A DNA stretch of 64,000 nt from contig JADIIX010000015.1 in the NCBI GenBank assembly GCA_027604505.1, positions 1 through 64,000 on the forward strand, written 5' to 3'. Each line of letters begins with the position of its first letter. Within the stretch, counting starts at the first letter, position 1. The notes beneath the pieces were generated by a model. It worked only from the letters and a program-made list of their open reading frames with translations, was not told the DNA's origin and ran no database searches. Of the stretch, positions 52,501 to 64,000 are shown piece after piece. A program made the position numbers and the translations under genes. The DNA comes from Gonapodya sp. JEL0774. Taxonomy: Eukaryota.

Positions 52501-53056
52501 ATTGGTGTATCCGTTCATGCCAACCACAAGTGAGGCTATTGTCAAGCAACTACGAGTTCCTCACCGCCGAATCCCCAACGACGACGAGCTACCCTGGGAC
52601 GGCAAGGATATACATGAGGGTCATGTTATCGGCAAACCCGATTATTTGTTCACTAAAATCGAGGAGTCAAAGGAGCAGGAGCTGCGACAGAGATATGCGG
52701 GCAAGCAGGTGACTGAAGAGGGAAACGGAACAACTTCCGCTCCTATAGCATCATCTGCATCAGTAGCACCTCCAAAGGACGCAAAGAGTGCGAAAGCTGC
52801 AGGGAAAGCAAAGGCGGCGGCCAAACCCTCTGCGAAGGACGCTAAACCGGGCAAGTCAGCTGAGCCCGTCATCACTGATGCAGACAAAACTCCTGAGATG
52901 ATTGAGCTGGAGCTACTTATTGCTGAACAGGGCAACAAAGTGAGGAAGCTTAAAGGAGAAAAGGCGCCCGCAGAGTTAATCAAATCTGCAGTGGATGAGT
53001 TACTCCAGTTCAAAGCCCGACTTGGAGATTTGGTGAAAAATGCGAAATCTAATTAG
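49579..53056 (+). CDS. MES1: cytosolic methionyl-tRNA synthetase with N-terminal GST-like and C-terminal WHEP domains
   Basis: [66 protein letters not shown]; tail [32 protein letters not shown]. Confidence 0.96.
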
Positions 53057-53094
53057 GGCTTTATATTCTTGTGGTAGTGGGGATACATTTGCAT

Positions 53095-53944
53095 TTATGA
53101 AATCGGACCACCTGAGAACTCAGAGTACTACATGGAACAAAGTTGACATGCCTTGAGCCCCAATGCCGACGTGATATCATTCTGAAGCGGGAACCCACTT
53201 GCTTTGGTTGTAAAAACGCCAGCCAGTCGCTCTGCGCTGTTGGTAGGAGGCCCATGGACGACATCTTCCACACTCCCAATCCTATCACGGCAAGCTGTAG
53301 TACAACAAAGATGGCTTTCGGTAAGAGAACCGGATCACCATTCGAGCCTGTCTGCGTGACGGCAAATCTTTCAAAAGCTAGAGGTGAACAGCATTAGCAT
53401 CATTGAAGAGCTAGGAAGGATATCGACACACTTTGCGAAACTTTGGCTATCCCTTGAACTCCGTTAGAAAAGAGCATGAAAAGCATCATGAAGGAATAAA
53501 TTTGAAGCTGGCTTCCGCTCATCCAGAGCATTAGAGCGTTCTTTGAGGATAAGTTGTCAGTTCATGGTCATTCACCAACACGTCGCTAAGCACACCTTAC
53601 CATCGGAACGGCCTTTGCAGGGGCAAGAGCGGCTTCCCATGCTTTCTAGCAGAGGAATTTTCCAAATCGAACCCCCCGAAAACGCCAGTCACCGCATTTT
53701 GTCAGCTGACCTTCAGCACAACCCAGAACCAAACCATGCATCATGGCATCCGACATACCTTAATCTTGAGCTTATCTTGATCTGCCGCAGATACCGGCTT
53801 CTTGTCGCCATCTCCCTTTCCCTTAAAGTCTAGTGTATAGAACTTGGCGTCGAAACCCTCAGGAGACACGTTGGCTGGAGTTTTGGACATAGAAGCGTCC
53901 AAAGATCGGAAATCAAAGTTCCAGCGACGATTACTTTGGGACAT
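53095..53944 (-). CDS. EMC4: ER membrane protein complex subunit 4
   Basis: LKIK|KAWEAALAPAKAVPM|NALMLWMSGSQLQIYSFMM...LGVWKMSSMGLLPTAQSDWLAF. Confidence 0.92.
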
Positions 53945-54038
53945 TGTGATAAAGTTTTGTTGGGGATGATGTGCGTTTTATGTGACTTTGTCACTTTATT
54001 CCGCTCTACGTGTGTTGCACTCAGGAAAACACTGTGCA

Positions 54039-57000
54039 TCAAACTTCCTCCAGAAAACACATTTTGCATAGCGGTTGCGAGGGAGCTCCCTCTTGCTCAA
54101 AAAATTTTTCGTTCACAAGTGCCATACCGCACCTCGAGCAATTGAAACATTGCGCGTGGAAGCTCAATTCGGCTCGCAGCGCTCGTACGAGAGAGCCATC
54201 GGGAATGATTTGTTTGCACATAGAGCAGTTAAGGAGAACCCCCGCGTGGCTCGAGTGAAACAAATCGTTGGGCATTTGAGAAAGAGCGAAGTAAGGCTCC
54301 CCCGCCAATGTTGTATTGCAGAGCTAAACGAAGCGCGTGATCAACGCTCTTTCCCAGGAAAAGAGTGGATCAAAAACTTACCGAGCACACTTTGCAGTTG
54401 GGGTGATATTTCTGCTTCGGATCGCCCACTTCGATGAAGGGGCCTGTGATTGCATCACCACAGTTTCCACAAAATAGCCCAGCGGCACGTAAAAAGTCAT
54501 TTCGACAATAGGGCCGCCCATCCAACTCCTTGAATCCAGCTTGGAGTGTTCCATCGCACATTGCACAGCGCAGACAATCGCGATGCCATGGTTTCCCACA
54601 CGCAACAATTGCTTGAGCGCGTTCGCCGGCCGTTATTGCGGCACTACAGCCCCCGCAGAATGCAGCCTGATACGGGATGTTGCATTTCGCGTTGAGGTCT
54701 CGAGGTGGAGAAGCAACCACTTTGCACATACCGCAGGACCACACCGTTTGCAGAACAGCTGACCACTCTTGAATACTGCTGTTTCAGGTGAAAGTTTCAT
54801 TTCGCAGCTAACGCACTTGCTGCAGCGTGTGTGCCACACTTCACTGTGTTGATCAAGGTGAAACTCCTCGGCAGTTCCAACGGGGTCAAAGCATGCGGTG
54901 CAAATCACGAGGCGTTCACTTCCCATAATGACAGCGGTCTGTGCTTGAACTTGACAAGCTTGATTTATTTCGACCATAGAACGCTCTGTCAGCTCACGTC
55001 TGATTTCCAGCAAAGAAGGCTTCTTTGGTGTGCTGGTCTTTATGTCCCTGATGTTTGACAGCAGGGACACATTCCCATTATCCGGAACTTTGTTTGTTTC
55101 ATAAGTGACCACTGGTGACACCTTGGAGGCGCTCGGTGGGTCTGCGGTAGCGTTTCGGTTGTTCTCAGTTCGAAGCGGAGGAAGTGTTTGGAGCTCAGCT
55201 GCCTTCAGCTCTGCGGGAGAGATTTCTTCTTCCGTGATACGTTGCTGTTCGTCTTCCACCAAAGATTTGTTCGACTTCGCGTTTGGTCGATGGCGAGAAC
55301 CATTCTTCAATGTACCCATGCCACTGTTGACAATGGTTCTTGCCAGACTTGCGAGATTTGTTGGCTTCACAAACAAGCGCGCCAAACTTCCAAAAGAGCC
55401 GAGCTTTTCTTGATCTGGATTCGCAGACGATCCTTGGGTTGACACGGCGGCGTTGCGAATCTGATGCACCATTCGGTAAAGTCTCTTCACCAGAGAAACA
55501 TCCTTGCCCTTTGTTGATGAATGAACATTCAAAGTACCTGCCAAGCAAAAGTTAAGCACCCACCAAGGATGATGTTTCAAGGACACGACTCTCGCAAGAT
55601 GTCAGGAGTTCCACTAGTCGAGCACAATCCGTAGCACAGTCAAGGTCACCGTCCTGACGTTGGCTCTGCTGGGCAGTTCCACTTGAAGAGACGCACTTTA
55701 TTCTGGTTGGGCCTACCGAGGTATTGCTGTGGTGTGGCTTTCAATATCACGAGTCTCTGATCAACAATCCCAACAGAATTGATCCCTTGCAAATCGAAAT
55801 ACCGACCTCAGAATCATTGACTGGGGATAACGATTTCTTCACGGTGAACATATTAAATTTGGATTTCGAGATTGTTTCGATTGAATTCTTCCCGCCCTGA
55901 AGTCAAACAGGAAGAAGTGCTTCGGCTGGACAGGATTCGCGAACAGACAATAAACGTACATCGACAGCACTGATAATGTCAAAGTACTTCTTTAACACCA
56001 CCTGTTGATCTCGAACGAAATCGTTCATTACCATCATATCTGATCGTCAGTGCAGCCGGGTTACTCAATACGTGCGGACTTGAAATAACTGAACAAGCTT
56101 ACATTTTTCCTTCTCAGAAAATCCATCCGCCATATTTGCGATAGTTTGAATGATCTTCGCAATCAGGGTCAGAGTCTAACGAGACAGTACAGCCTTCGTC
56201 GGACGTCCGAAACAAGCAATCTGAAAGGCATGCTCACTCTTGCCACTCCAGGCGCAGGAAGTTCGTCCACCAAACCAAAAAGTTTCGGTCCCAGAATTGC
56301 CGGGACAATGAGCCGGAGGAAAAGAAACCCTGGTGCCAGGCTTTTGCGTATGAAATCTGAACGTGAAGCGGTGCGCAACGTTACTCACCTCCTATTGCGG
56401 TACACTTCGCGATAGCATTCCCAGAAAACTTTGCGTGAACCTCACTCGCAGTAGCGGAGTAAACGACTCGCAACTGCCTGAATAAAGTGATATCAGTTTT
56501 GAGAATGTCCAAGGTCTTCCAGTACAGCATACTCTGGGAATTCCGAAACAGAGTTTTGCCCAGTTATTGCGTCAAGAAATCTCTTGGTCCATGTTGTCAG
56601 GACACCCTTGTTCGCTGCCAAATTGCTACCTTCGGATACCCGTGTTGGATCAAGCTTACGTGATGAGACATAAAGGATGAATCCGTGGTCAGAATAGTGC
56701 TTCAGACATGATCAACCAATCACAATCACCTCACAAGCAGGTTCACTTTCAATGACGTCACTGAAAGCCAGTGTACATCACATTTATGAAGCCCAGCCTC
56801 GATACAATGGGACTCACAGGATTAACGGTGCAAGAATCCTCTTCAAATAATGTCCAGCAAGTTGTTTCTGATAGACATCCACCGCCTTAGGGGGTTCCGT
56901 GGAAAAGAAGCTTCACGGGAATATCAGAAATTTTCACCCGTAGTCTCCTTACCTTGGTCGCCATGCTGTTGTTCCTGAACAATGTTGCAACTTCCTCTAC

Positions 57001-59414
57001 ACCATGATGAAGTTACAGAGTCAATACCAATATGTGAGCGTTTCAGCTAACGGAGTCTGAGCATTACACACTCGCTTCTTGAATCTCGTTCACAACCGCG
57101 CTACGGACGAACTCAAGGGCCTTGCCCCTATGTTCAGCAATACGCAGAATAGCTGTGGCGATTTCCTCTCTGTTTGATACGTTGTGCCCGATGATGGTGG
57201 CCAGAGCGTAATTTCTCTCGGCAAGGAGCTGACCGGATATTGGATTGTCGGATGAATAACATTCTAAAGAGTGCGTATTAAGTGAGCCTCACTTCCAGGA
57301 GAGGGAGGTACTTCTTGATAGGTAGGACCCGAAACTCTGTAAAAGTGGTGGATATCCGTACGGTTCCTAACGCCCCACATCTGTCGCCAGCGAAGCTGGC
57401 ACAGTCAACGTGAGTGTTGAGCTTGCTTTCCGGCGCAAGAATAGGAACAGTAACCGGTGAAAGGGGAACGCTCTCAGCATTTCTGTGGGTGAAGATCGCA
57501 AACGAGATATTATCACCCACCAGTTGGCACATTGGTAATGTGGCTTTCCGGGGAACAGAACCCCGCCACAAAAAGAGCAAAACCCCACGGAGTAATAGAA
57601 GCTCGTATCGACGAATCTGTGCTGCCGGCTCGCCAACCCTATAGTGTGGTTAGTTGTGTCAATAGTGATGGTAGCACAATCACGGAGATACTCCCGCCTG
57701 GAACATAGACATACCAGATGGGTTTGCTTGCTGTTGCTGCAGTGCTTTCACAAATGCACGAGCCTTCGCGAATCCTTGCTTGCGAGATTTGCCGTCCAAT
57801 TGGCCTTCAACACACCAACAACCAGTTATCGCTTCATTCTCATAGCATGTACCCTATGCTTGTGATGTTTTACTCACGCTTTAAAATTGCCTCGAAACTT
57901 ATCGCTACAAACGACGGGAAGACAAGACTTCTTTCAACAGGGACTTCGAGATTCCTCCGAAAGGTTGTATCCTACCGTACCAGGGGCCGGTAGGAGTGTA
58001 TACCACTCATCAAAGTCTGAGCAATCGACAAGATTCTGAAGGTTGACTATCATAGTGAAATAATGTTTAGTGAGGTTCGAGACAAACCGGATCTCTCTAC
58101 CGTTGGTGGCGCACGATTCGTGCCACCCCCCGACTTACTGAAAACATGACCCAGAAATTCGTCATGGAAGCCAGATTTGGAGTTGTAATCCCAAAGAGCC
58201 TGTGAGTTCAATTACAGATTATCTGGCGAGTAACGAAGAGGATGCCAGGATCGCGCTGCGAAAATTTCAATATGTCTTACAATATGCAAGCGATGGTAAG
58301 GGTGGATTTGCTTGAGGGTGCTGTAGTGTGAGCGTGGGGATGGCGTTTTTCACCGGCAGTATCACAGTAAATAATGGCATACACAAGACCGTTGGTTTCA
58401 GCAAGGCACCCACAATATGAAATCCTGGCGAAACTTCGGGTCCGTGGTCTTCCTGCATACTGCTGTGTGCTGCATTGAGGCCGTATCGGGGTCCGGTAGC
58501 AAATGAATCACGGCGTAAGGATTCGCATATTCTGATCGGAAGTCGGAATCCCATTTGGTTACCAAAAACAGACGACACGAAGACTCCTTGACGACGTATT
58601 GGCTGAGGAGTTCACTCCCAAGTGCAGCTTACCAGAATCACCTCGTGGCAGAAGATCTCTCGCTGCTTCAAGTGTCACTGCAAAGACGTGATTGGCGTCG
58701 GCGGTAGGCATCGCAAGAACAAGCTGGTCATCAATATCAACGTGTTTCGATGTTGGGCTCCATCCGGCAGATTGCATTGCGACTCCGATCCGTAGGGCTT
58801 GATATGCAATCTTTAGGTGCACCTCACCGGAGACCCTGCCGGCATCCTCTGTGACAGGGGTGAGGACCCACCAGTTCTCGTCACGAATTACATGACTCAT
58901 TACCAGACTGGCTGGGAGAGAAACAGCTCCGAGAGGTTTTTCGCGGAGACTTCGTTTGAATGACTGGCCGAGAGGCAGGAGGGGTGATGCCGGTGAGATA
59001 GGTGAAGTCGGTCCTCGAGATTGAGATCTTGAATGCGACCGAGAATGAGAAGAAACAACTGATGCAGAGCGGCGGACAATGGGACCAGGTTCAGAGCTGA
59101 AGAAGGTGAAAGTGAGTTGAGAAGAGGACGGAGGAAGACCTTCGAGCTGGAGCGTGGTAGCAAGTTAGATTGTTGGATGAGCCTCTAAACACATAATAAG
59201 CTAGACGGTACCCAGTCCCACTGACATAGAACTCTTCATTGAAAAGCATCGACTCCCCATCACACGTGGAAACGTTCGTGGAGAACACCTCCCTGTCATC
59301 AAGGTAGACAGAGCAATAGGCTGCTCTAGATTCTGCATGAGCAAACAATGAAGGAGGAATCTTTGCCTCTTGAATCTTGCAGTGTAGCTCCCGGGCAGTG
59401 ATGGGGGTGGTCAT
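54039..59414 (-). CDS. RasGAP with two C2 domains, an inserted C1 domain and four C-terminal LIM domains
   Basis: C2A (AYCSVYLD...FNEEFY), C2B (VTLEAARDL...NPYAVIHL...KTTDPKF), C1 HRFVD...CSFC...CANC|KLNTHVDC...C, arginine finger TLFRNNSMATK, FLFLRLIVPAILGPKLFGL, four CxxC..HxxCxxCxxC LIM units. Confidence 0.88.
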
Positions 59415-59616
59415 TGTGTGACGTCGACACGGTGCCGTTAGAGTAGCAACGAGCCGAGACGGATTACAATGCCAAATGCAATTCAATTTAGCAAGATCAA
59501 GGTGCTGTGTTTGCTTGATTCCGTCTGTTGGAGGCCAGTCAACGCGCTTTTCAAGTTGCTCCACTGTTGTTTGACCCACCACTAGCTGAGGCCCATTATC
59601 GAACAAAATATACGGA

Positions 59617-61368
59617 ATGACATCAACATCCGAACCGAAGAATCGATGCCCGCAATCGGCAATTGCTGCGCGAGGAATCGCTCTTCCCAACTTGATTCCT
59701 TCTCTGCTTGGAATCCTCTTTGGTGCGTCAAGGACCCTCTTCACAGACCACATAATCAATGCACAGCTCGTGAAGTACTTATGCGCAAAGGTGAATGGCA
59801 CCTTCCAGTAACAATGAAATATACATGAGCTTCCATTATTGTGTTTACAGGAACCTTGTCCCTCTGGTTGTTCAATCAACCAGTTCATTCTCAATCAATT
59901 CAAAGATGCCTTGAGCAGCGACCGTGTACACCACTCGATCAAACTATGCATATTGGAGGACTTTCACGCCATTTTCAAGGCGAATCGAATGGCCGAGCAC
60001 AGTGACCCTGGTGCGAGGAGTGCGACGGTACAAATGCTGAACGCATTGATATTTTCGCAGGGTAGTACTACCGCATTCCTTTTGGGTGCTTGGGACAATG
60101 ATGGGGAGGTAAGTTCGTTTCAGGGTGGCTAAAAAGTCAAAATCCAAATGATTTTAGATTACAATCAGCTTTTTCGTATCGCTATTGTGAGGATCCTTCT
60201 CGATATGGCCAAATGTGGGAACCTTCACATGAGATCTGTAGTGCCAGGACTTCTCCTCCGAGCTGCATCCATACTTGAGTTGTCCTCGGGGTCTGATTCC
60301 CCGCTAAGCGTACTTCTCGTTCGACGCGTCCTCGAACTGCTGGACATCATTTTGGGGCAAAGGGTTCCAACTCTCCGAGAATCTGAACCGTGGCTTGAGC
60401 TGTGTGCTTTGAAGTTTGAGGCTCAGTGGTCACGAGTCCTCCCATCCATAATTGAAGAGATGGATGGTCTGGCGAGCGCTGGAAAAAGTGAAACCTCCAA
60501 GACTCTGTTTGTTGGGCATTGCAAGAAAGAGAATGATGACGTGCAGGGGGGGGCCTTGAATGACTCAGAACATCGAAAACTTGTGGTGAAAATCGCATTA
60601 AGGTTGTGGGGCGCTGTTTGCTGTGGGCGATCTGGCAGACCATCTCTGGAACCGGAATGGGCGTTCACTATTCCCACTACTTTGAGTGCTATGGAAGGTC
60701 AGATTTTTGGAGTAGCAAGATGTTTCGTGCTTCACTCGTACTAACATCAGCGCAGATCTCTCTTCCAGGCCCTCAGCCTTTGCGCTAATGCTTTGTCGCA
60801 TATTTGGTGACAATGATGCACAGGTGACAGATATTGCAGGCGTGTTATTGGGTTTGACTTCTGTCATTGTGGAGGGGTGTCCACAGACGGAGACAAAGTA
60901 CAGTGAATCCGACCAAAAGGAGACTGTAACGCGCAAGTTGGTTGCCCTTCGCGCACTAGGGTGGAGTATCCTAATTGATCATCCAACTTTAATTCTGTGC
61001 AAAGTGGAAGCATCAACTGGCCTCCTTCACCCACCAGGGCTCTCATTCCCACCCTGTTTCTCCACTTTCTTGCCCACTTTCTCGCATCCATCTCCTTCAG
61101 TCCTCCAACTATCGTCGACTTGCTGACATCACCCGACGTACCTGCGTTCATACACGTGATGAAGGGGTACCTCCTTCTTGTGGCACGAGATCCGAAAACG
61201 TTTGTGGAGATCGTGGGGTCCGAGCATGGGACCTCGGTGGGAGCCTGTTTTGAGCAGGTGGGAAACTGGCTAAGGAGGATTGACAATACAATAACTTTGC
61301 GGACCTTGCAAAAATTATTTGAGGAAGTTGGTGAGACTTTGAAACCTGCCTCTGAATCATTACAATGA
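59617..61368 (+). CDS. Lines/LINS1-like helical protein
   Basis: LCRIFGDNDAQVTDIAGVLLGL and HFLASISFSPPTIVDLLTSPDVPAFIHVMKGYLLLVARDPKTF match the recalled Lines-family pattern; start uncertain. Confidence 0.6.
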
Positions 61369-61458
61369 TCAAGCCATAGTGTTCGTTTACTACATTGTCG
61401 CGTGTTTTATGTATGTACATTTATCCGCACCCGTCAGAAGTGGCGGATTCCTCCTCCA

Positions 61459-64000
61459 TTACCGTTTATCCTGGAAGAAATCATTGAAATTCAAACGAAT
61501 AGCCAACAGACGTAGCGATTCTTCTCCGGCTTTTGACAGTCGCCGAATAAATTCGGATGTTTGAGACTCACAAGTGAGTAGAGAGTTAGTGTTGAATCGC
61601 AAACTAAACGTTATGATATCAGGGACAGATCACTCACAGTAAATTGTGCACCCATACTCTCCAAGGAAATTTCGGCGAGAACGGTACTATCAGGATCTCG
61701 GTCGTGATTCGTGAGGACAAAATTCTGGGATGAAAAGATTCACATTGCGTGACAAAACTAAAACCACAGAAGTCAATAGAACACTCACCAACTCGCTGAG
61801 ATACTTCGTAACCAACGCGAGAAGTTGCTGAAGCATCGCGTAGAAGTCTATTGGATCCTAGTTATAATGAACACCGTCAAGTAGGCGTAGAGGTGCACAG
61901 TGAGAATAGTGATCATGAGCTCACGTTTCCTTTTGCAGCGTCTGCATCTTTCAAAAAGGCCCTCGTAGTAATCTTGACAAGATACGCTTCATGCTTCTTG
62001 ATGAGTTCATCTAGATCGCCCTCCCGTTTGTTCACGAATTTTTTGAGCTCTGCCCAGGCAGATTCCAAAACCTCGAAGAGAAGGTAGTGTTGTAGTTCAT
62101 GTATAAAGTGAGTCATTTGATTCAGCGAGGAGCGCCATTGCCGTGCTGTGGTTGATGAGTTAACATTTCTCGGAAAATGAGGTTTCAGCATGGATAAACG
62201 GCGATAGAGGACCTCACCTTTCCAACCACCAACGTCCTCCTTGGCCATTCTGGACCATGTGCCACCCAAACCGTGCTCCACACCTCGCACTTTCCAAAGG
62301 AACATAAAGGTTCGTCGGTACTCGTTCATTACCGCGCCGTGGAATATTACATCCAACGGAGCATCAACATGGTAGTCGAGGTAGAATACGTCCCAGCCAA
62401 TCTCTGCGTCGTTAGCCTTCAACAACGTGTGTGCTTCCAGCCAACAGAAAATAGACCGAGTTTTCGCTTGCGCAATCAACTCACTGGCAAGATTTGTACA
62501 TCAAGGCGACCAAGAATGGCTGGACCGTCATACTGGGCATTTGAGGAGCGGACTGCCGTATCCAAGATGCCAGTCAAAGTATGCAAAATAGGACGAAGGG
62601 CGGTTGCCGGCATCGATAGGATGTGGCTGTTCAGACCGGATATGATCTCTCAAAGAAAGCTCCAGTATCTTCAGCTGCAGGATACTTACTTCATTGCATC
62701 CATGAGAGACTGTACGAAGTCACCCTGCGCAAGCAGCATGTACTTTTTGAGCGCCGTAAAGTGCCCATGGAGATCGAAGCGTTCGTAAAGCATATCGAGA
62801 AGCCGTTTTGATGTATCTCGGTAGGCGGTGTCGACGTGGTGTCGAAGAACAGGGGGATGTGTGAACCAGTCTGGCATTCAACATTTCAGAAGTGGTCCAG
62901 CACGGCGATAGCTTGCAAAGTGGTTATTTAAATTCACCATCAAAGCCAGGGACGCCTTTGCCTCCGCTTCCGTATTCGGCATCTCCACCGGCGTATGTGA
63001 TAAATTTGATGCTTTTGCCAGTCACCAAAATCTGAACACACGACACTCATGAAGATGAGTACAGGACCCAGCAAAAAGCGAGCTCCTCTCACTTTCTCTG
63101 CGACTTCCTCCCCGACGAAGCCTGGGAGCATTTGTCGTTTCAGATAGTACTTTCTCCGCCACCACTTCTCTCGGGCAGCGCCTTCCTTTGCCTCTTTTTC
63201 CGCCACAAAAAACTCTCCATGAGGATCGATGAGCTCTCCACGATAAAGCCATGTGTGCAGGATTGTTAGGAGCGGGTACGTGACCTGGCCGACACGGTTC
63301 CATCTATTCACCGGTAAATTAGGAGAAATCTAAACTGAACCCACATTCTTCATTAAATCCTCAATAAAGCTGGCAATAGATGGGTCCCCATGATCTCGGA
63401 ATTCATTGATCTTCGAAGCCAGTGTGCCACCGTGCAAATCTGTATCCCACAATCGTAATTATCCCAAAGGAGTTGCGAATTAAGCTCGGGAACGTGATCA
63501 GCACTACTGACCTTGTCCAGCTTCCACCACGTCCGCCATACATTTTACTCGTTGTTTCGGCTCAAGTGTCCAAACCAGAAGTCGTCGCAGAGTCACTGGA
63601 TCATCACGGGTGCCGGGGGATGCTGCAACCGATGAGGGTGTGCCGAGTTGTACTTCGAGAACCGCCACCAAGCGATAGTAAGAAGAGAGATGGGTTTGTA
63701 GAGAGGACGAAAAGGCCTGTTACGTTGAACCCAACACCACGAGAGGAGATACTTGAATCAGCGCTGATTGATCCACGGAATCCCATGCCACACCCACCTG
63801 CCTCACAAGCCCCACGTCAATAGATCTACTCTCCCCAAACAATCCCATCTGAGAGCCCATGCTCTCCCCGGCATCACCAGTCTCTCGAACGTAACTTGCA
63901 ACCCTCCGATACAGCGCACCAAGCTCACCAATGCGACAGGCCAGGAGGCGCATGGGTGCTGGAATTGGGACCTAGTTATAGACAATATATTGTGCGGAAA
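61459..64000 (-). CDS. SPC98: gamma-tubulin complex component 3 (Spc98/Alp6), 5'-truncated by window edge
   Basis: [102 protein letters not shown]. Confidence 0.92.

Noticed and set aside
59091..59894. 267-aa minus-strand ORF starting at 59894
   Set aside because: Upstream part is antisense to the LINS-like exons; the plausible RasGAP start is the ATG at 59414
1..64000. CRISPR arrays, transposase/RT ORFs, rRNA or tRNA genes, intronless bacterial-type HGT islands
   Set aside because: None recognised; all genes carry host-type introns and no periodic repeat arrays were seen by eye

Overview
Gene-dense, intron-rich eukaryotic DNA with short GT-AG introns, so the ORF track fragments nearly every gene. 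I spliced the gene models by hand and their ends are approximate. A chitin synthase and a Zn2Cys6 factor mark it as fungal. Animal-like genes (cortactin-type protein, LINS-like protein, WHEP-bearing MetRS, possible STIL/STAN motif) suggest an early-diverging zoosporic fungus (chytrid/monoblepharid-like; inference). About 25 protein-coding genes are present: DNAJC7-like, EHD3/HIBCH, yippee, STAN-like, IDH1, two SUN-domain paralogues, Zn2Cys6, AIG2/GGCT-like, CBF1-like bHLH, PAP2 phosphatase, chitin synthase, PB1-SH3 protein, F-box-like membrane protein, ankyrin protein, mini-cortactin, TM-SH3 protein, MCR1, CLC channel, NSE1, MetRS, EMC4, C2/C1/RasGAP/LIM protein, LINS-like, partial GCP3 and one hypothetical membrane protein. 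No rRNA, tRNA, CRISPR array or transposon ORF was recognised. The most interesting items are a 108-aa cortactin with no SH3 domain, a RasGAP with a C1 domain inserted in a C2 domain plus four LIM domains, a degenerate second SUN protein on a polyproline stalk, a STAN-like motif protein, tandem CDEI sites in the CBF1 promoter, and a 59-bp direct repeat bracketing the Zn2Cys6 gene. Family assignments rest on recalled motifs; no database search was run.
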